From a virus (taxonomy: Duplodnaviria; Caudoviricetes), in IMG/VR virus record IMGVR_UViG_3300046167_000222, positions 1 to 58,582 of that record: a stretch of 58,582 bases of DNA; one strand, 5' to 3'. Every line of letters starts with the position of its first letter. Position 1 is the stretch's first letter. The position numbers were made by a program, and so were the translations under genes. Below the pieces are notes generated by a model. That model saw nothing but the letters and a program-made list of their open reading frames with translations. It was not told where the DNA came from and did not search any database. Positions 47,331 through 58,414 of this stretch are shown piece after piece.

Positions 47331-49552
47331 TAGAATGCCACCTCTGTTACAAGACCATTGACTTGAATAGGCAGTGGTGCAGATTGAGAAATGGTAACGC
47401 GAGGATCCCTATCGTATCCAAGCACTCTAAATTCTTCCTTGCCACTAACGGCATTAACACCACTTGCCTGATTTTGTTGCACAGTACGGATCACCAGTTC
47501 TGTGCCATTGACTGAAACGCTCAATGTTTCCTCAAGGTCAAGAGTAACCATTGTTATCTTGCGGGGTCTGCCGGTCAAAGGACCACCCGGAACCGCGCCA
47601 TCAACAGGAAGCGTTTTGATCTCAGGAATAAAACGATAGCCTATCTGCACACTGGTAGATAACTTCACAGCACTAACATCTGCGTTGCCGCCAGCCACAG
47701 TAAACGTACCTAAATACTCTGTGCCATCAACTGCATGCACTACAGCCCCATCTGCAAAGTGAGCAGACACATCAAACACACCATCCACGCCAGTAAAGTC
47801 AGCGCAGAAATCCATCTTCATAGATGTGTTAAACTGTTCTAAAACCAGCTTCTCTGTTCCATCACCAGCATCTCTAACAGAGACACAGAATAAATCTTCA
47901 TCAACAGCACAGATAGAATGAAACTTGCCTTCAGTATTCCAACGCATCCAGCCAGCACGTTTCTCGTCTCGTAAGCTATGGAATACAGCTAACTCACCAT
48001 TATCCATGATAAACAAGCCATACGCGCCCGGTCGAGCAAGAGAGCCTTTGAGCGTAGTCATCTGCACAGGATTGCTAACTAAGTGGCTAGACAGCAAAGA
48101 CACCATAGTAGATGTGTAAGCGGCCTCTGAATCAGAGAAGATATACTCTCTAACGGCTGAGCCTGTTGCTTGTACAAACAAGGTTGCGCCATCAAGAGAC
48201 TGTGGCCTTACATAACCAGAGCCAACTGGTGTCTGCAAAGATACTTTTGCTTTTGATGGCGTAACAGGAGCGTCTTGGAAAGCAGGCACATAAAACTCTG
48301 ACTGCGATGCAAACACTTGCAAGTCACGGTTAGACACAAGATGACGTATCTGGTTAGTAACACCAACGCTTGCATCGATGTCGATAGCATCATCATCTTC
48401 AGCTTCACCAATATCAAAGTTGAAGTAATGCCCTGTCTTAGATGCCCATAATCCATCAGGCTGACTTGGCGTACCACCAAACCACAACCTATCCTCATGG
48501 AATGTAATAGCCTGTGGGAAGCCTCTGAGACTGCTGTAGGACTGTTCGTACCATTCAGTGGTAGGGGAGGCGCTTCTAACAGTTGGAGAGCCTCCACCGT
48601 CAACCTCGGACGTTGCAGAGGCCCCCGCTGTAAATTCGTATCTATTATCGTCAATGATCCGGCTAATAGTTCTGCTGCCATTAATTTTGTTAGCAGCGAT
48701 GCCGCCAAGACCACCAGCTTCTTGAATGTTTATCGATGCGCCATTAGCCAAACCATGCAAGGCATGCGTGACCTCTACCTTGTTAGAATCTTTTTTCGTT
48801 TTGAGAGCATCAATATCAAGCTGTGTTTTTAGTGTGCCTTGAAGGACGGCTGTTACTTGTGTGGCTGATATAAACGCAGTGATAATTGCTTCAGTCTCAT
48901 GGATCAAAAGCCTTGTTCCAACATGCGCTGCATCAAAATAATTCTGCGAGCAAGTAAGCGTAACAGTGCCGCTAGTTGAACTAGAAGCAATTGTTGTTCC
49001 TGCACCTTGAAAATTATAGTAAGGCTGATACTTTTTATTGCCATCAATCGATTGATCAAACTCAAAGATCCGCATCTCAAAGCTAGTCAACCCAGTACGC
49101 ACTAACTCACGGCACAGGAACGTGCGGTGAGCGATAAACATAAAGTCACCTTTTTGTGTGTAGGTGATCTGGTTTAGGTTAGAATTAGTAACAGGAACAG
49201 GATCACCATTGACATCAACAGTGAGGGTTTGAACAAAGGACACGGCTCCTGCGAGATCGATCCGAAAGATGTCGATGCGAGTATCTGAGAATGCAATGAT
49301 ATACTTTTCATCATCAGAGAAAACAAACGGCTCAAGACGTATTTGTTGAGCCAGTGAAGAATCATATGTATGCGTAAACTCATGTATGCGCTCAGTGCCG
49401 GGTCGGTTAATAACCCCGCCTTCAGCGCGAATAAAAAAGTTCTTTACAGATTCCGCAGCCGCAACATAGACAGGACTATCCGTCCTAGATCTCAGTGACG
49501 GACTAACTTCACCAAAAGAAAAGTTGTTTAGCGGTACGCGTATTCTCGCCAT
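47330..49552 (-). CDS. Tail tubular protein B (copy B, intact)
   Basis: 740 aa; motifs as in copy A. Confidence 0.85.
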   Translation of the reverse strand: MARIRVPLNNFSFGEVSPSLRSRTDSPVYVAAAESVKNFFIRAEGGVINRPGTERIHEFTHTYDSSLAQQIRLEPFVFSDDEKYIIAFSDTRIDIFRIDLAGAVSFVQTLTVDVNGDPVPVTNSNLNQITYTQKGDFMFIAHRTFLCRELVRTGLTSFEMRIFEFDQSIDGNKKYQPYYNFQGAGTTIASSSTSGTVTLTCSQNYFDAAHVGTRLLIHETEAIITAFISATQVTAVLQGTLKTQLDIDALKTKKDSNKVEVTHALHGLANGASINIQEAGGLGGIAANKINGSRTISRIIDDNRYEFTAGASATSEVDGGGSPTVRSASPTTEWYEQSYSSLRGFPQAITFHEDRLWFGGTPSQPDGLWASKTGHYFNFDIGEAEDDDAIDIDASVGVTNQIRHLVSNRDLQVFASQSEFYVPAFQDAPVTPSKAKVSLQTPVGSGYVRPQSLDGATLFVQATGSAVREYIFSDSEAAYTSTMVSLLSSHLVSNPVQMTTLKGSLARPGAYGLFIMDNGELAVFHSLRDEKRAGWMRWNTEGKFHSICAVDEDLFCVSVRDAGDGTEKLVLEQFNTSMKMDFCADFTGVDGVFDVSAHFADGAVVHAVDGTEYLGTFTVAGGNADVSAVKLSTSVQIGYRFIPEIKTLPVDGAVPGGPLTGRPRKITMVTLDLEETLSVSVNGTELVIRTVQQNQASGVNAVSGKEEFRVLGYDRDPRVTISQSAPLPIQVNGLVTEVAF

Positions 49553-50136
49553 TAACTTCGCCTTTCAGCAATGAACCTCGATGTTACAAGTTTGCGTGTT
49601 GTTTGCTGCTGGCTATCCAATGTCTTAGCCTGCTGCATTAACTGTGCAGCTTTCTTTTCAAACATTGTTGCAAGCTGCTCGTCTCTTGCAATTGCAAGCG
49701 CAAACGCTGCCGCAAGAGCGTACTCAACAGCTAGTGTAAAGTAGCTGGGGAAGTCTTGCTCACCAGCACGATATGTGTAATCAGCAACAACCACTTCATT
49801 AGCTGTGGCATTAGAGTAGATCTTGTCTCCATACACATTGTATTCAAGATTAAGATCATTCACCGTCACTGCATGCAGCATTAACAAATCATTAGGCAGT
49901 TGATGCGCAGTATCAAATCTTCCAGTAGGCGCAGCCGTCAAAGCATTTAGTATCGCTTGGTTTGTAGCAAACCTCCAACGACTAGCGCACATAGCAGTAC
50001 GCACAACATCCTCATACACATTTGAGGCAACAAGTGCCTCAGTGGATGAAGATGAAAAAGACGTAATTGGCTGCGCACCAATAAGAACCAAGGCGCGTGC
50101 CGCAATGTCAATATCTGAATTAGCTGCTGATGGCAT
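49552..50136 (-). CDS. Tail tubular protein A (copy B)
   Basis: Protein identical to 14085..14669. Confidence 0.8.
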   Translation of the reverse strand: MPSAANSDIDIAARALVLIGAQPITSFSSSSTEALVASNVYEDVVRTAMCASRWRFATNQAILNALTAAPTGRFDTAHQLPNDLLMLHAVTVNDLNLEYNVYGDKIYSNATANEVVVADYTYRAGEQDFPSYFTLAVEYALAAAFALAIARDEQLATMFEKKAAQLMQQAKTLDSQQQTTRKLVTSRFIAERRS

Positions 50137-50144
50137 ATGGGTTA

Positions 50145-50166
50145 GGGGGAGAGTTGTCTCTCCCCC
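50145..50166 (-). other. Post-capsid hairpin (GGGGGAGAG-ACAA-CTCTCCCCC)
   Basis: Compensatory variant of 14678..14699. Confidence 0.7.
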
Positions 50167-50172
50167 ATTCCT

Positions 50173-50985
50173 TTAGTTGTTGTCTAAGAGTTCGTACACG
50201 CCGTTGTCGTTGATTACGACTGCGCCCATGCTCATCATTGATGTAGCAAGATGTGACGCTTTTTCTGGCACATAGTTTAGCTCTGTAGAAACATCAGCAT
50301 TCACGCCAAGACCAACAGCCGAGGTGTGGTAAGCCAAGTTTTTGCCAGCAGTAACAGCAGATGTTGAGAAGATCTTGAAACCCAAGAAATCCTTCATTGT
50401 CATGCCACCAGCAAATGGTAGGTTCTGATCGCCAACAAAGTCTGACGATGCAAACTCGTTGATGTTGAACAGATCTGCATAACCAGCAGGAGACATCGCA
50501 ATGTAACGATTGCCATCTTCTGGAATGTCAGCCGAACCAAATGTTTCAAACAATGCAAGCAAGTTTGCTTTGCTAACAGCAGTACCAGTTGTGCTGATCT
50601 GTGTTGCGTTAGCACCTGTGTCCATTGCAGTGTAGATGATCTCATCTGTCTTACGACCAAGAGCAGCAGCAGCAGATTGTGCTACAGCTTGACGCTCATC
50701 AATGTTGGTCTTCAACTCATCTAACTTGTCGATGTATTCTGCGGCATAGAAGTCAGCCATGGTTGCCTCGACATTTGTATGTACGAGTTCCATTGCGGTT
50801 ACTGCGCCGTTGCGAGCCTTTGTTGAAGCTGAGCCTGTTCCGATTTTCTGAAAGCGTACAACGCTACCACGGACGTTACCAGATGTGCGTACTGTATTGC
50901 GGAGCTTTGACCCCATACGCTGATAAGCCATGTGAACTTCGGATTCAAACTGCTTAATAAAGGCAATATCAATTGTATTAGCCAT
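50173..50985 (-). CDS. Major capsid protein (copy B)
   Basis: Homolog of 14706..15518. Confidence 0.88.
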   Translation of the reverse strand: MANTIDIAFIKQFESEVHMAYQRMGSKLRNTVRTSGNVRGSVVRFQKIGTGSASTKARNGAVTAMELVHTNVEATMADFYAAEYIDKLDELKTNIDERQAVAQSAAAALGRKTDEIIYTAMDTGANATQISTTGTAVSKANLLALFETFGSADIPEDGNRYIAMSPAGYADLFNINEFASSDFVGDQNLPFAGGMTMKDFLGFKIFSTSAVTAGKNLAYHTSAVGLGVNADVSTELNYVPEKASHLATSMMSMGAVVINDNGVYELLDNN

Positions 50986-51094
50986 AATATTAAAGTCCTT
51001 ACCAAAAAAAGAAGTTACATTTTCACGCGGTTGTCCGTCTCTTGCCTCATCCAGTTATCCCTAGCGGGGCTGTCAGTTTGAAACAGGCCGTATA

Positions 51095-51640
51095 CTATTC
51101 AAATGACACTTCCACATGAGGAGCGCAACGCACAAAACGGATGCATGAGAAACCATTAACTAAGGTTTCTTCATCAGAAAAAAGAAACCCTAGCCAAGCT
51201 AGCCACTCAATCGTGTTCTTGTGATCTATTGGCACTACATTCTCGACCACATCCCAACGCTGCATAAAGTAATCCAGCATAGGTTTAGAGGCTCGTAAGA
51301 ACTTGCGTGGGTACTTATCTATCTCGTCTGTACCAAGCAACCAGATACTACCAGTTGTAATATCAGGATCGTCATAGATAGGCACAACACCAAACATGCA
51401 AGCTGGAACTCCCTTATGAAGTGCTGTGTAAGTTACAGCGTCTTTCTTCATAATAGGATAGCGCAACGCCCTCCAAGGCGTTGCACCATGTATCATGCAC
51501 TCGCGTACATCAGGTGATCTTAAATGATCTTGTAGATATTCAGCATGCTCATAGGTTGCTTCTACAATTCTTACATCACCATCAACGTGAAATGCATTAA
51601 CGGTAGAGTTTGGAAAAACCCTCTTGGACTTGCTTGACAT
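51095..51640 (-). CDS. GNAT-like protein (copy B)
   Basis: Homolog of 15629..16174. Confidence 0.65.
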   Translation of the reverse strand: MSSKSKRVFPNSTVNAFHVDGDVRIVEATYEHAEYLQDHLRSPDVRECMIHGATPWRALRYPIMKKDAVTYTALHKGVPACMFGVVPIYDDPDITTGSIWLLGTDEIDKYPRKFLRASKPMLDYFMQRWDVVENVVPIDHKNTIEWLAWLGFLFSDEETLVNGFSCIRFVRCAPHVEVSFE

Positions 51641-52307
51641 AGTTTGGATCTCTCTGTGATGGATTCCAATAGCGAGGGTCTTGCATCATTGTCTTTAGCT
51701 GATCTTCATTGGTAGCTTGCGGAGCCACAAACTGACCTTGAGGAGATGCTTGTTGTGACTGAGACATAAAATGCTCTAGCATTTTAATACCCTGCGCACT
51801 CTGACCAAGCAGTTCTACCTGATCTGCAAACTCCTCTGGCACGTTTTTGCCAGCCCAAAGATCGACAGCTTCAATACGAGCGTCAGCATTCTCACCTAAC
51901 GCCTGACGTTCTGCGTCAAGGTCTGGCCCTTGGCCTTCCATGTAAGCAGCATACTTAGCTATACCATCTGCAAATTCTTCTTGCGAATAGCCATTCTCAA
52001 AAGAATGTTCAGCCCACCAAGCAAGCATTTCATTATCAACAGCTTCAGCTTCGTTGATCTGTTCTGGCAATTCGTAATCACCAGCAGTCTCAGGCCTGCC
52101 TTCAAGAGCAGAGATTTCTAACTCTTGCTCTATCTGCGCTCTGATTTCATCTTGCCCTTGACCAAGCTTTGATTCCAAAGAGGAGTATGAAGCTGCCATA
52201 TCCTCTGGTGTATTGAACTTCTCTGGTAGCCACTCAGGGCGTTCAGAGACAGGTGCTTCCTCAACCGCTACTGCTTCGGCTAACTCTGCATTATCTGCAT
52301 CATTCAT
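51597..52307 (-). CDS. Scaffolding protein (copy B)
   Basis: Homolog of 16131..16841. Confidence 0.8.
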   Translation of the reverse strand: MNDADNAELAEAVAVEEAPVSERPEWLPEKFNTPEDMAASYSSLESKLGQGQDEIRAQIEQELEISALEGRPETAGDYELPEQINEAEAVDNEMLAWWAEHSFENGYSQEEFADGIAKYAAYMEGQGPDLDAERQALGENADARIEAVDLWAGKNVPEEFADQVELLGQSAQGIKMLEHFMSQSQQASPQGQFVAPQATNEDQLKTMMQDPRYWNPSQRDPNYVKQVQEGFSKLYR

Positions 52308-52567
52308 TGTTGCTCTACCTTTTGTCCGTGGTTAATACGCCTCTCAATGAGGCCGACAAGATACCGCTGCCCTTCAAGATGGCGCAGTTCGGCATCACTT
52401 GCATTCGGCCCTTGAACAGATTCAATGGTGATCGAACGCAAATACTTTAGAACGGCTTTGCCGTTCGGTGTTTTGAAAACTGAATTTAGATTCCGAGAGA
52501 TGGTGTCATCATCTTCTTTGGTGCGGGGAAAGTTATCCACCCCCAAGTGAAGGGATTGCTTGCGCAT
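52304..52567 (-). CDS. Bbp19-like protein (copy B)
   Basis: Identical to 16838..17101. Confidence 0.6.
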   Translation of the reverse strand: MRKQSLHLGVDNFPRTKEDDDTISRNLNSVFKTPNGKAVLKYLRSITIESVQGPNASDAELRHLEGQRYLVGLIERRINHGQKVEQQ

Positions 52568-54087
52568 CTTGACCTTGCTGTTGCTGTTGCTGTTGATACT
52601 CTTGCGCAGCCTTCAGAAGTTCTTCACGTTCTACTTTGTCCCTAACCAGATTGTCTGGTACGCCAAACTTTTTAGCGAGATACAGCGCAACATCCTCAGA
52701 GTTAATGAGAACATTTAATACTTCGGGGCCGAACGTGCCGCCAACCATTGATAGATAACGTGAGACTGCGCTGATGTCTTGGTTGGATTGTGCTTGTGCC
52801 AATGGTGACACTGACCGCACTTTGACTTCCCGCCCATTAATGGATGGTAACTCAATGCGGCCTTGCTTTCTTAGAATGTAAACGACACGTTGCAATACTG
52901 GCTGAACCATCTCAGCCTGCAATCTGCCGAAAGCTGATCCAATACGTCTGGACAGATCAGCCATGCGTTCTGCGATCTCGGTTGCAGACGCGGGTGTTTT
53001 GTTAGGGATCGCCTAACATATCATTGTAGAGCGCACGTTTAATGTTGGTGCGCATGTCATTTAGCACCAGATTAGCTACATCAAAGTTGCCTGCGTTCTG
53101 GATAGGCTGCAAGCCAGCAGAACCCATAGCCTTTGGAATGATTGTTCCGGGAACGAGGTTGATTGTATCTGTGTTGATGATGCCATCATCATCCATCTGA
53201 TACACACCAGAGATAGCCATCTGTGCATTCTCCAACACTAACTCAATCGTTAGGTTGGTAGTCTTGATTGCGCTAAGAGCATTGATGAGAGGGCCACGCC
53301 CATAGACTTCACCAGATGCTTTAGACCAACGAAAGCAAACAAAAGGATTGGAGCCAAGCCCTTTGTAGTTCTCCTGATAAATGATTTCTTTGTCAGCTAC
53401 ATTAACAACATAGTAATCAAATTGATCTTCATTAGGCACATCATAGTTTCGGCAGATGACCTCTAAGATTTTCTTTTGAGTATCAGGCTGGCTTAAAACA
53501 CCAGCAGCAGTCTTCTCACCTAAGATTGCCTTTGGATACGCAATAGGTATCTCTGAGTTTTTAAGAGTGCGCTCTCTATAAACGTGGTCAATTTTATCAT
53601 CAGGGCCAGTATCCAAATGGACGGAAGGCAAAGGGATTGCGTTAAACCGTACTGGATTAATTGCATCGCCTTCTTCAACCAAGAGAACACCAGTTCCCAC
53701 TGCCAAGTCCATGAAAGATTCATGTATCTCTTGACCAAAGTTAGAGTTCTGGATGACTTCAAAGACGTACTCAGTGACTTCATCAAGAGTGTTATTGACT
53801 TCATCTTGTTGATCCTTTGGGATTTCAGAGCCAGCAATAAAGTCAGCCCAACGTGCAAAGTTAGGTACTAGACCTGACTGCAACCTAGATGCAAATTCTT
53901 GCACACCAACAACCGCTGTCTCATCAAAGATCTTATCATCGCGCCGCTGCCCCGGAGTTTCCGAAAAGAAACTCTGGCGCATAGGCAGCGCATACTCATA
54001 ACAATCTTCAAATAGAGGCTCAAAGTTTACACGCGCTTGTTTAGCGCGTTCGTACTTTTGCAGCATACGGTCTGCAATTTGATCCAT
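52533..54087 (-). CDS. Portal (copy B), frameshift near 53005
   Basis: 1555 vs 1554 nt; extra G in ttagggatc. Confidence 0.88.
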
Positions 54088-54308
54088 TAAACAGTCTCGT
54101 CATAGTAACCCAGAGCCGCTTTGTTGCTTGTAAGCAACGAACGTCTGCCAGCACCACCACCAACTTTTTTGCGAGCAACCTCTTTCTCAAGAGTTTTAGC
54201 TTTTGCATCTTCTTTTTTCTGCTGCTCTTCCGCTGCTTTGTTGTCAGCTTCAATCTTGTCGTTTGGATCTACCGCTGGTTTTTTTGGGCCACCACCACCT
54301 AAGCACAT
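54087..54308 (-). CDS. Small protein upstream of portal (copy B)
   Basis: Homolog of 18620..18841. Confidence 0.75.
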   Translation of the reverse strand: MCLGGGGPKKPAVDPNDKIEADNKAAEEQQKKEDAKAKTLEKEVARKKVGGGAGRRSLLTSNKAALGYYDETV

Positions 54309-54375
54309 AATAAATTCCTCTCATAGCTATAGGACTTGTTTAACTCACTGCATTAATGCAGATCAACGCACAAAA

Positions 54376-55898
54376 CTACATACGCGACCAAAGACCTTCT
54401 CTGCGTACCTTTGGCTTGCGCGTAAACACATCAAACTCTCTGGTTGCTTGGAAAGGTTTATTTGCTGTGCTGTTGTTGCGAAGTATCTGCCTGCCCTCAC
54501 CAGAGCCAAGCATTAGATACTGCAATGCATCATGGATGTGAGAGAAGTGGTTCTTGTCTGGCTTATCAGCATAACGCTCACCAGATACTTGCATGCGCTT
54601 GTACTGATACCCACCCTCAAAACCTTTAATGATTGTGCGGCAGCGTTGATCGATCAACAAACCAGACTGCCCTTCAATCATTCTGTTTAGTGGTGCAGAC
54701 ACAGATTCCAGACGTAGTGCCACATCATTAGATGGCGCAGGGCGAGCAGACAAGCCAGCCCCTCGCATTATCTGGAACGGTGTTGTCTCATCAGTCTGTG
54801 CGCGGAAGTCACCAGCCGGATCACCAAAGATAATAATCTCACATCCGCCGTAGCGTGTAGCTATCTCCTGCCTCAACACTTCAGCAAAACGTACAATGCC
54901 CATGTCAAACGCAACAATCTCTTGCAGCAGCATCCATCTGCCACGAACCTTCTGCCCAAAGACAGCAGCAGGCGTTAGTCCAAAGTCAATACCAATGTAG
55001 ACAGGCATGCCGTTAGCCACTGGTATTTCTTCTTTAGCTACATGAATGTCAGGCGCAAACATAGGATAGACAGGCTTACCGTCCTTTATGCTTCCGAGCC
55101 TGTTCATAACGTAGACATCGATCCAGCTTTTGGTCTTGCCCTGTACGATGTTCGGATAATAATCCTTGCGCATATTCTCTCTGTTCTCTGCGCTCTCGTT
55201 TGGAACGTATTCGGATATGTCGCCTTCTTCTGTTTTGCGCTCTAACATCCCTGCGGGTTGTGTGAAGAACAGCCAGTTGTCTGGCTTTACCAGCATCTTT
55301 GCTTCTTCTTTTGAGATGTGATCTGGAACCGGAACCTCGCCCTGACATTATAGGCCACCAATGATCTTCCTCCGGCGCGTTGGTATCACAGATCACACCT
55401 GTCCATGTTGCGCCGCCATCCTTCATAGAAGGGTAACGACCAACACGCATAGTGCATGCATCAATGATTGACTTAGGTATCTCCCTCGCCTCGTTCACCC
55501 AGATGCCAGTGAGTTCAAGGGAGAGCAACTTTTTCACATCTTCTGGACGATCGAGTGCGAGGAAGATTACTTCAAGGTCTATGTCATTCTTTTTAATGTG
55601 ATGCGTGAATGGAACAGACCAAGTAAACTTGCCCCACTGTTCCTCTGGAAACCAGTCAAGCCAAGTCTTAATCGTTGTGGTTTTAAGCTGTGGGTTGGTG
55701 TTACGAATAACAGCCCAGCGGCTACGGCGAGTGCCATCAGGTGAATGCTCTTGCTGTAGTGCGCGGCGAAAGATTCTCTACGCAACAACCAACGGACTTG
55801 CCCGAACCAACAGGGCCGCGCAAGCCACGAAAGAATACATCAGACTTCATAAAGGATTTTAGTACATCACCATCAGGCTTGTACTTAAAGTTGGTCAA
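54376..55898 (-). CDS. terL: Terminase large subunit (copy B), two 1-bp insertions
   Basis: 1523 vs 1521 nt; insertions near 55343 and 55776. Confidence 0.88.
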
Positions 55899-56079
55899 CC
55901 TTGTGATCCTTACCGAACTTAATCATTTGAGCAACAACCTCTGGCCCGATAACAGAGATAACCTTATCGGCCTCGTAGTCATTACAGAAATCTTTGGGGT
56001 GGTGAGCAAGGTGTACCTTCTTCACTATAGTCCGGAGCAACTCACGCTCCTCAAGTTTAAGCGTGTGCATAAAGCTCAT
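55885..56079 (-). CDS. Hypothetical protein (copy B)
   Basis: Homolog of 20416..20610. Confidence 0.75.
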   Translation of the reverse strand: MSFMHTLKLEERELLRTIVKKVHLAHHPKDFCNDYEADKVISVIGPEVVAQMIKFGKDHKVDQL

Positions 56080-56207
56080 TTCTTTTTGAAGCCCTTCTTC
56101 ATATTAGAATAAGCTTTGTCAGAGATGGTACTCTTTGCTTTAGTTCTAGAAGTGCCAGCTTTCTTGCGAGCATTGATGTTAGCGTATAAACCTTTTTTCA
56201 CAGTCAT
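56076..56207 (-). CDS. 43-aa basic peptide, copy B only (not in ORF track)
   Basis: MTVKKGLYANINARKKAGTSRTKAKSTISDKAYSNMKKGFKKK; ATGA overlaps on both sides. Confidence 0.75.
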   Translation of the reverse strand: MTVKKGLYANINARKKAGTSRTKAKSTISDKAYSNMKKGFKKK

Positions 56208-56488
56208 GCTTTTGCCTTATTACGTTTGCTGATTGCTTTGCCTTTTTTAATGGCATCTGCTTTAGAAGAAGCACCCCAGACTTGTAACGATTTAAGCAGG
56301 CGTGTTGGCCTGCCCTTCTCGTCACGCTCGGGTCCTTTGGCTGCACCCATACGCTGCAAGAAGCTAGCGCGGCGTGGGTTATCACCAGACTTAACTGGTG
56401 CTTTCATGCCTGTACCTTCACGGCCTTTAGCGTTCAAGCCGCCTTTAGGATTCTTGCCAGCGGCGCGTGTCCATGCAGGGGTAGCCAT
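56204..56488 (-). CDS. Small basic protein (copy B)
   Basis: Homolog of 21104..21403. Confidence 0.75.
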   Translation of the reverse strand: MATPAWTRAAGKNPKGGLNAKGREGTGMKAPVKSGDNPRRASFLQRMGAAKGPERDEKGRPTRLLKSLQVWGASSKADAIKKGKAISKRNKAKA

Positions 56489-56724
56489 TACTTCTTCTTC
56501 TTAGCTGTCCACGCCTCATTCTTTAGAGGAGTGGATTTATCATCTGCCTTTAGTTTGCCATCAGGCTTTCTAGCGCGAACGATCTCGTCACCAGCCTCAA
56601 GAGGAAAGCAACGCACACTGTCACCAGTTAGCGTTTCACCTGTTTTGATTCTGCCATCAGGCATAGTGACAACAGCACCTTCATAGATACTGCCATCAGC
56701 GAGTTTGTATTTAAGCATCAGCAC
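56488..56724 (-). CDS. Hypothetical protein (copy B)
   Basis: Homolog of 21403..21639. Confidence 0.7.
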   Translation of the reverse strand: MLMLKYKLADGSIYEGAVVTMPDGRIKTGETLTGDSVRCFPLEAGDEIVRARKPDGKLKADDKSTPLKNEAWTAKKKK

Positions 56725-57226
56725 GACCTTTGCGTTTCTTTGTTACAGCCTTACGCTTCAAACGCTGCGTTGCGCTCTCGCGTTTAGCATTGCCAGATGT
56801 GATCTCTTTAGAAGACTGACCCTGATAAGGGTTCTTTGTTTTTCCAACAGATGAGCCAGACATTACCTCTTTAGGAAGATTGATCTTCTGCCCCACACGA
56901 ATCTGGTTGGCGTTCTTGATCCCTGGATTTGCAGCCATTAGCTGACGAACAGATGTGCTGTACTTCTTTGCAATCTGTGAAAGAGTGTCACCACTCTTAA
57001 CAGTAATCGAACCAGAGGTTTTCTTAGGAGCAGCCTTTGCAGGAGCAGACTTCTTTGCTGCCTTACGCGCTTTAGCTTTCTCAATAGCTGTCTTGCTCAA
57101 AGATGAGCCAGTAGCGGTAGCCTTGGTAGCGGCAGGCTTTGGCTTTGCTGCACTAGCCTTGGCACGCTCACGAACAGCGTCAAGCCGTTTGTTCTCCGAT
57201 TTAGTCATTGAAAGAAGGGATGCCAT
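56711..57226 (-). CDS. LysM-domain protein (copy B)
   Basis: Homolog of 21626..22135. Confidence 0.88.
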   Translation of the reverse strand: MASLLSMTKSENKRLDAVRERAKASAAKPKPAATKATATGSSLSKTAIEKAKARKAAKKSAPAKAAPKKTSGSITVKSGDTLSQIAKKYSTSVRQLMAANPGIKNANQIRVGQKINLPKEVMSGSSVGKTKNPYQGQSSKEITSGNAKRESATQRLKRKAVTKKRKGRADA

Positions 57227-58008
57227 TACATTTGTCCTTGTATCTCGTTTAGCGTGGGAAGATCGTTTGTGGATTGGGATGCATAAGAATCATATGACTG
57301 CATCATTGATGGCACGTTCGTACCGGCTTCTGCTGAAGAAGAAAGCAAGTCGGTAAACTTTCCCCATATAGCTTTGCGTTTGTTTGTCATCGGGCCACGA
57401 AAGACAAACTCATCTACGCCCTCATCAGGCTCGTCATCAAAGTCTACATCGATAACGCTAGGTTCTTGCGGGATGTTAATGCGAACACGCATAGCTTCTT
57501 CTTTAGAAGAACCGTCAGGGTTCTCAGGCATGAGAATGCCACCAAGAGTTCTGGCGGCAGGATACATCCCTGTGCCTATATCCTCTAAAAATTTATCAAA
57601 CCCACCAACAGGTTCAAAGTCGTAGGTGTCGAACACTTGAACCTTGCCGTCCTGCTTGGTAACGCCGAAGTTGCCAAGAGATGTACGGATCTGCTCACCA
57701 ATGGTTTCGATGGCGTACTTGTCATCTTTGGTAAAGATGTTCTCTCCACCAAGGATGTCGCGCACCTGTTTGTAATCAAATCCTACAATGTCACCCTCTT
57801 GTAGATCAGGGTGTGTAGTGTCCACGATGAGGCGCAGTGCTTCTAAGAACTCTCCACTAACATGATCCTCTGTCATGGTGCTTGCTTCTGCGTCAGGGAA
57901 CAAAGCCATGTTCGCAGAGTTCAGTACACCACGAAGATAGAAGTTCATGTGCTGCGGTAGGTTCGTCAGCAATTGATCAAATTGTACAGCGTTCGGAATA
58001 AGAGACAT
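57226..58008 (-). CDS. Acidic hypothetical protein (copy B)
   Basis: Homolog of 22135..22917. Confidence 0.75.
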   Translation of the reverse strand: MSLIPNAVQFDQLLTNLPQHMNFYLRGVLNSANMALFPDAEASTMTEDHVSGEFLEALRLIVDTTHPDLQEGDIVGFDYKQVRDILGGENIFTKDDKYAIETIGEQIRTSLGNFGVTKQDGKVQVFDTYDFEPVGGFDKFLEDIGTGMYPAARTLGGILMPENPDGSSKEEAMRVRINIPQEPSVIDVDFDDEPDEGVDEFVFRGPMTNKRKAIWGKFTDLLSSSAEAGTNVPSMMQSYDSYASQSTNDLPTLNEIQGQM

Positions 58009-58039
58009 GCTGCAATATGGCAGCTACATATCTAAATGC

Positions 58040-58204
58040 TCAACGCACAATTCTTTCGCGCATCCACAGGAAAAAAAATAAAACGATTAATGCAGGCTGA
58101 AAGAACACGAATAGGATCAAGTTCCATGCTTCATAAGATATACCGCTGATGCTTTCCAGCCAGTAAATGGCATCGCAACATAGTAAGAACAACCAATCAA
58201 TCAT
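58040..58204 (-). CDS. 54-aa membrane protein (copy B)
   Basis: Homolog of 22949..23113. Confidence 0.7.
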   Translation of the reverse strand: MIDWLFLLCCDAIYWLESISGISYEAWNLILFVFFQPALIVLFFFLWMRERIVR

Positions 58205-58414
58205 GCGCTTCTCCTTTGCTGCATTAATGCTACCGAACCTTTGTGGCAATAATGTGAGAAGGGGGCGGGTTCGAGGGGGGTAGGCACCGGTTTTTAACCC
58301 CCCCCCACCCCTTGTTGATTAATACCGCTGTTCGATCTGCGGAGAAGCCACACGATCTAGGATCGGGGATTCGACCACTAGGTAAGTGCGAGGCAACGTC
58401 TCGCTCAATGTCCG

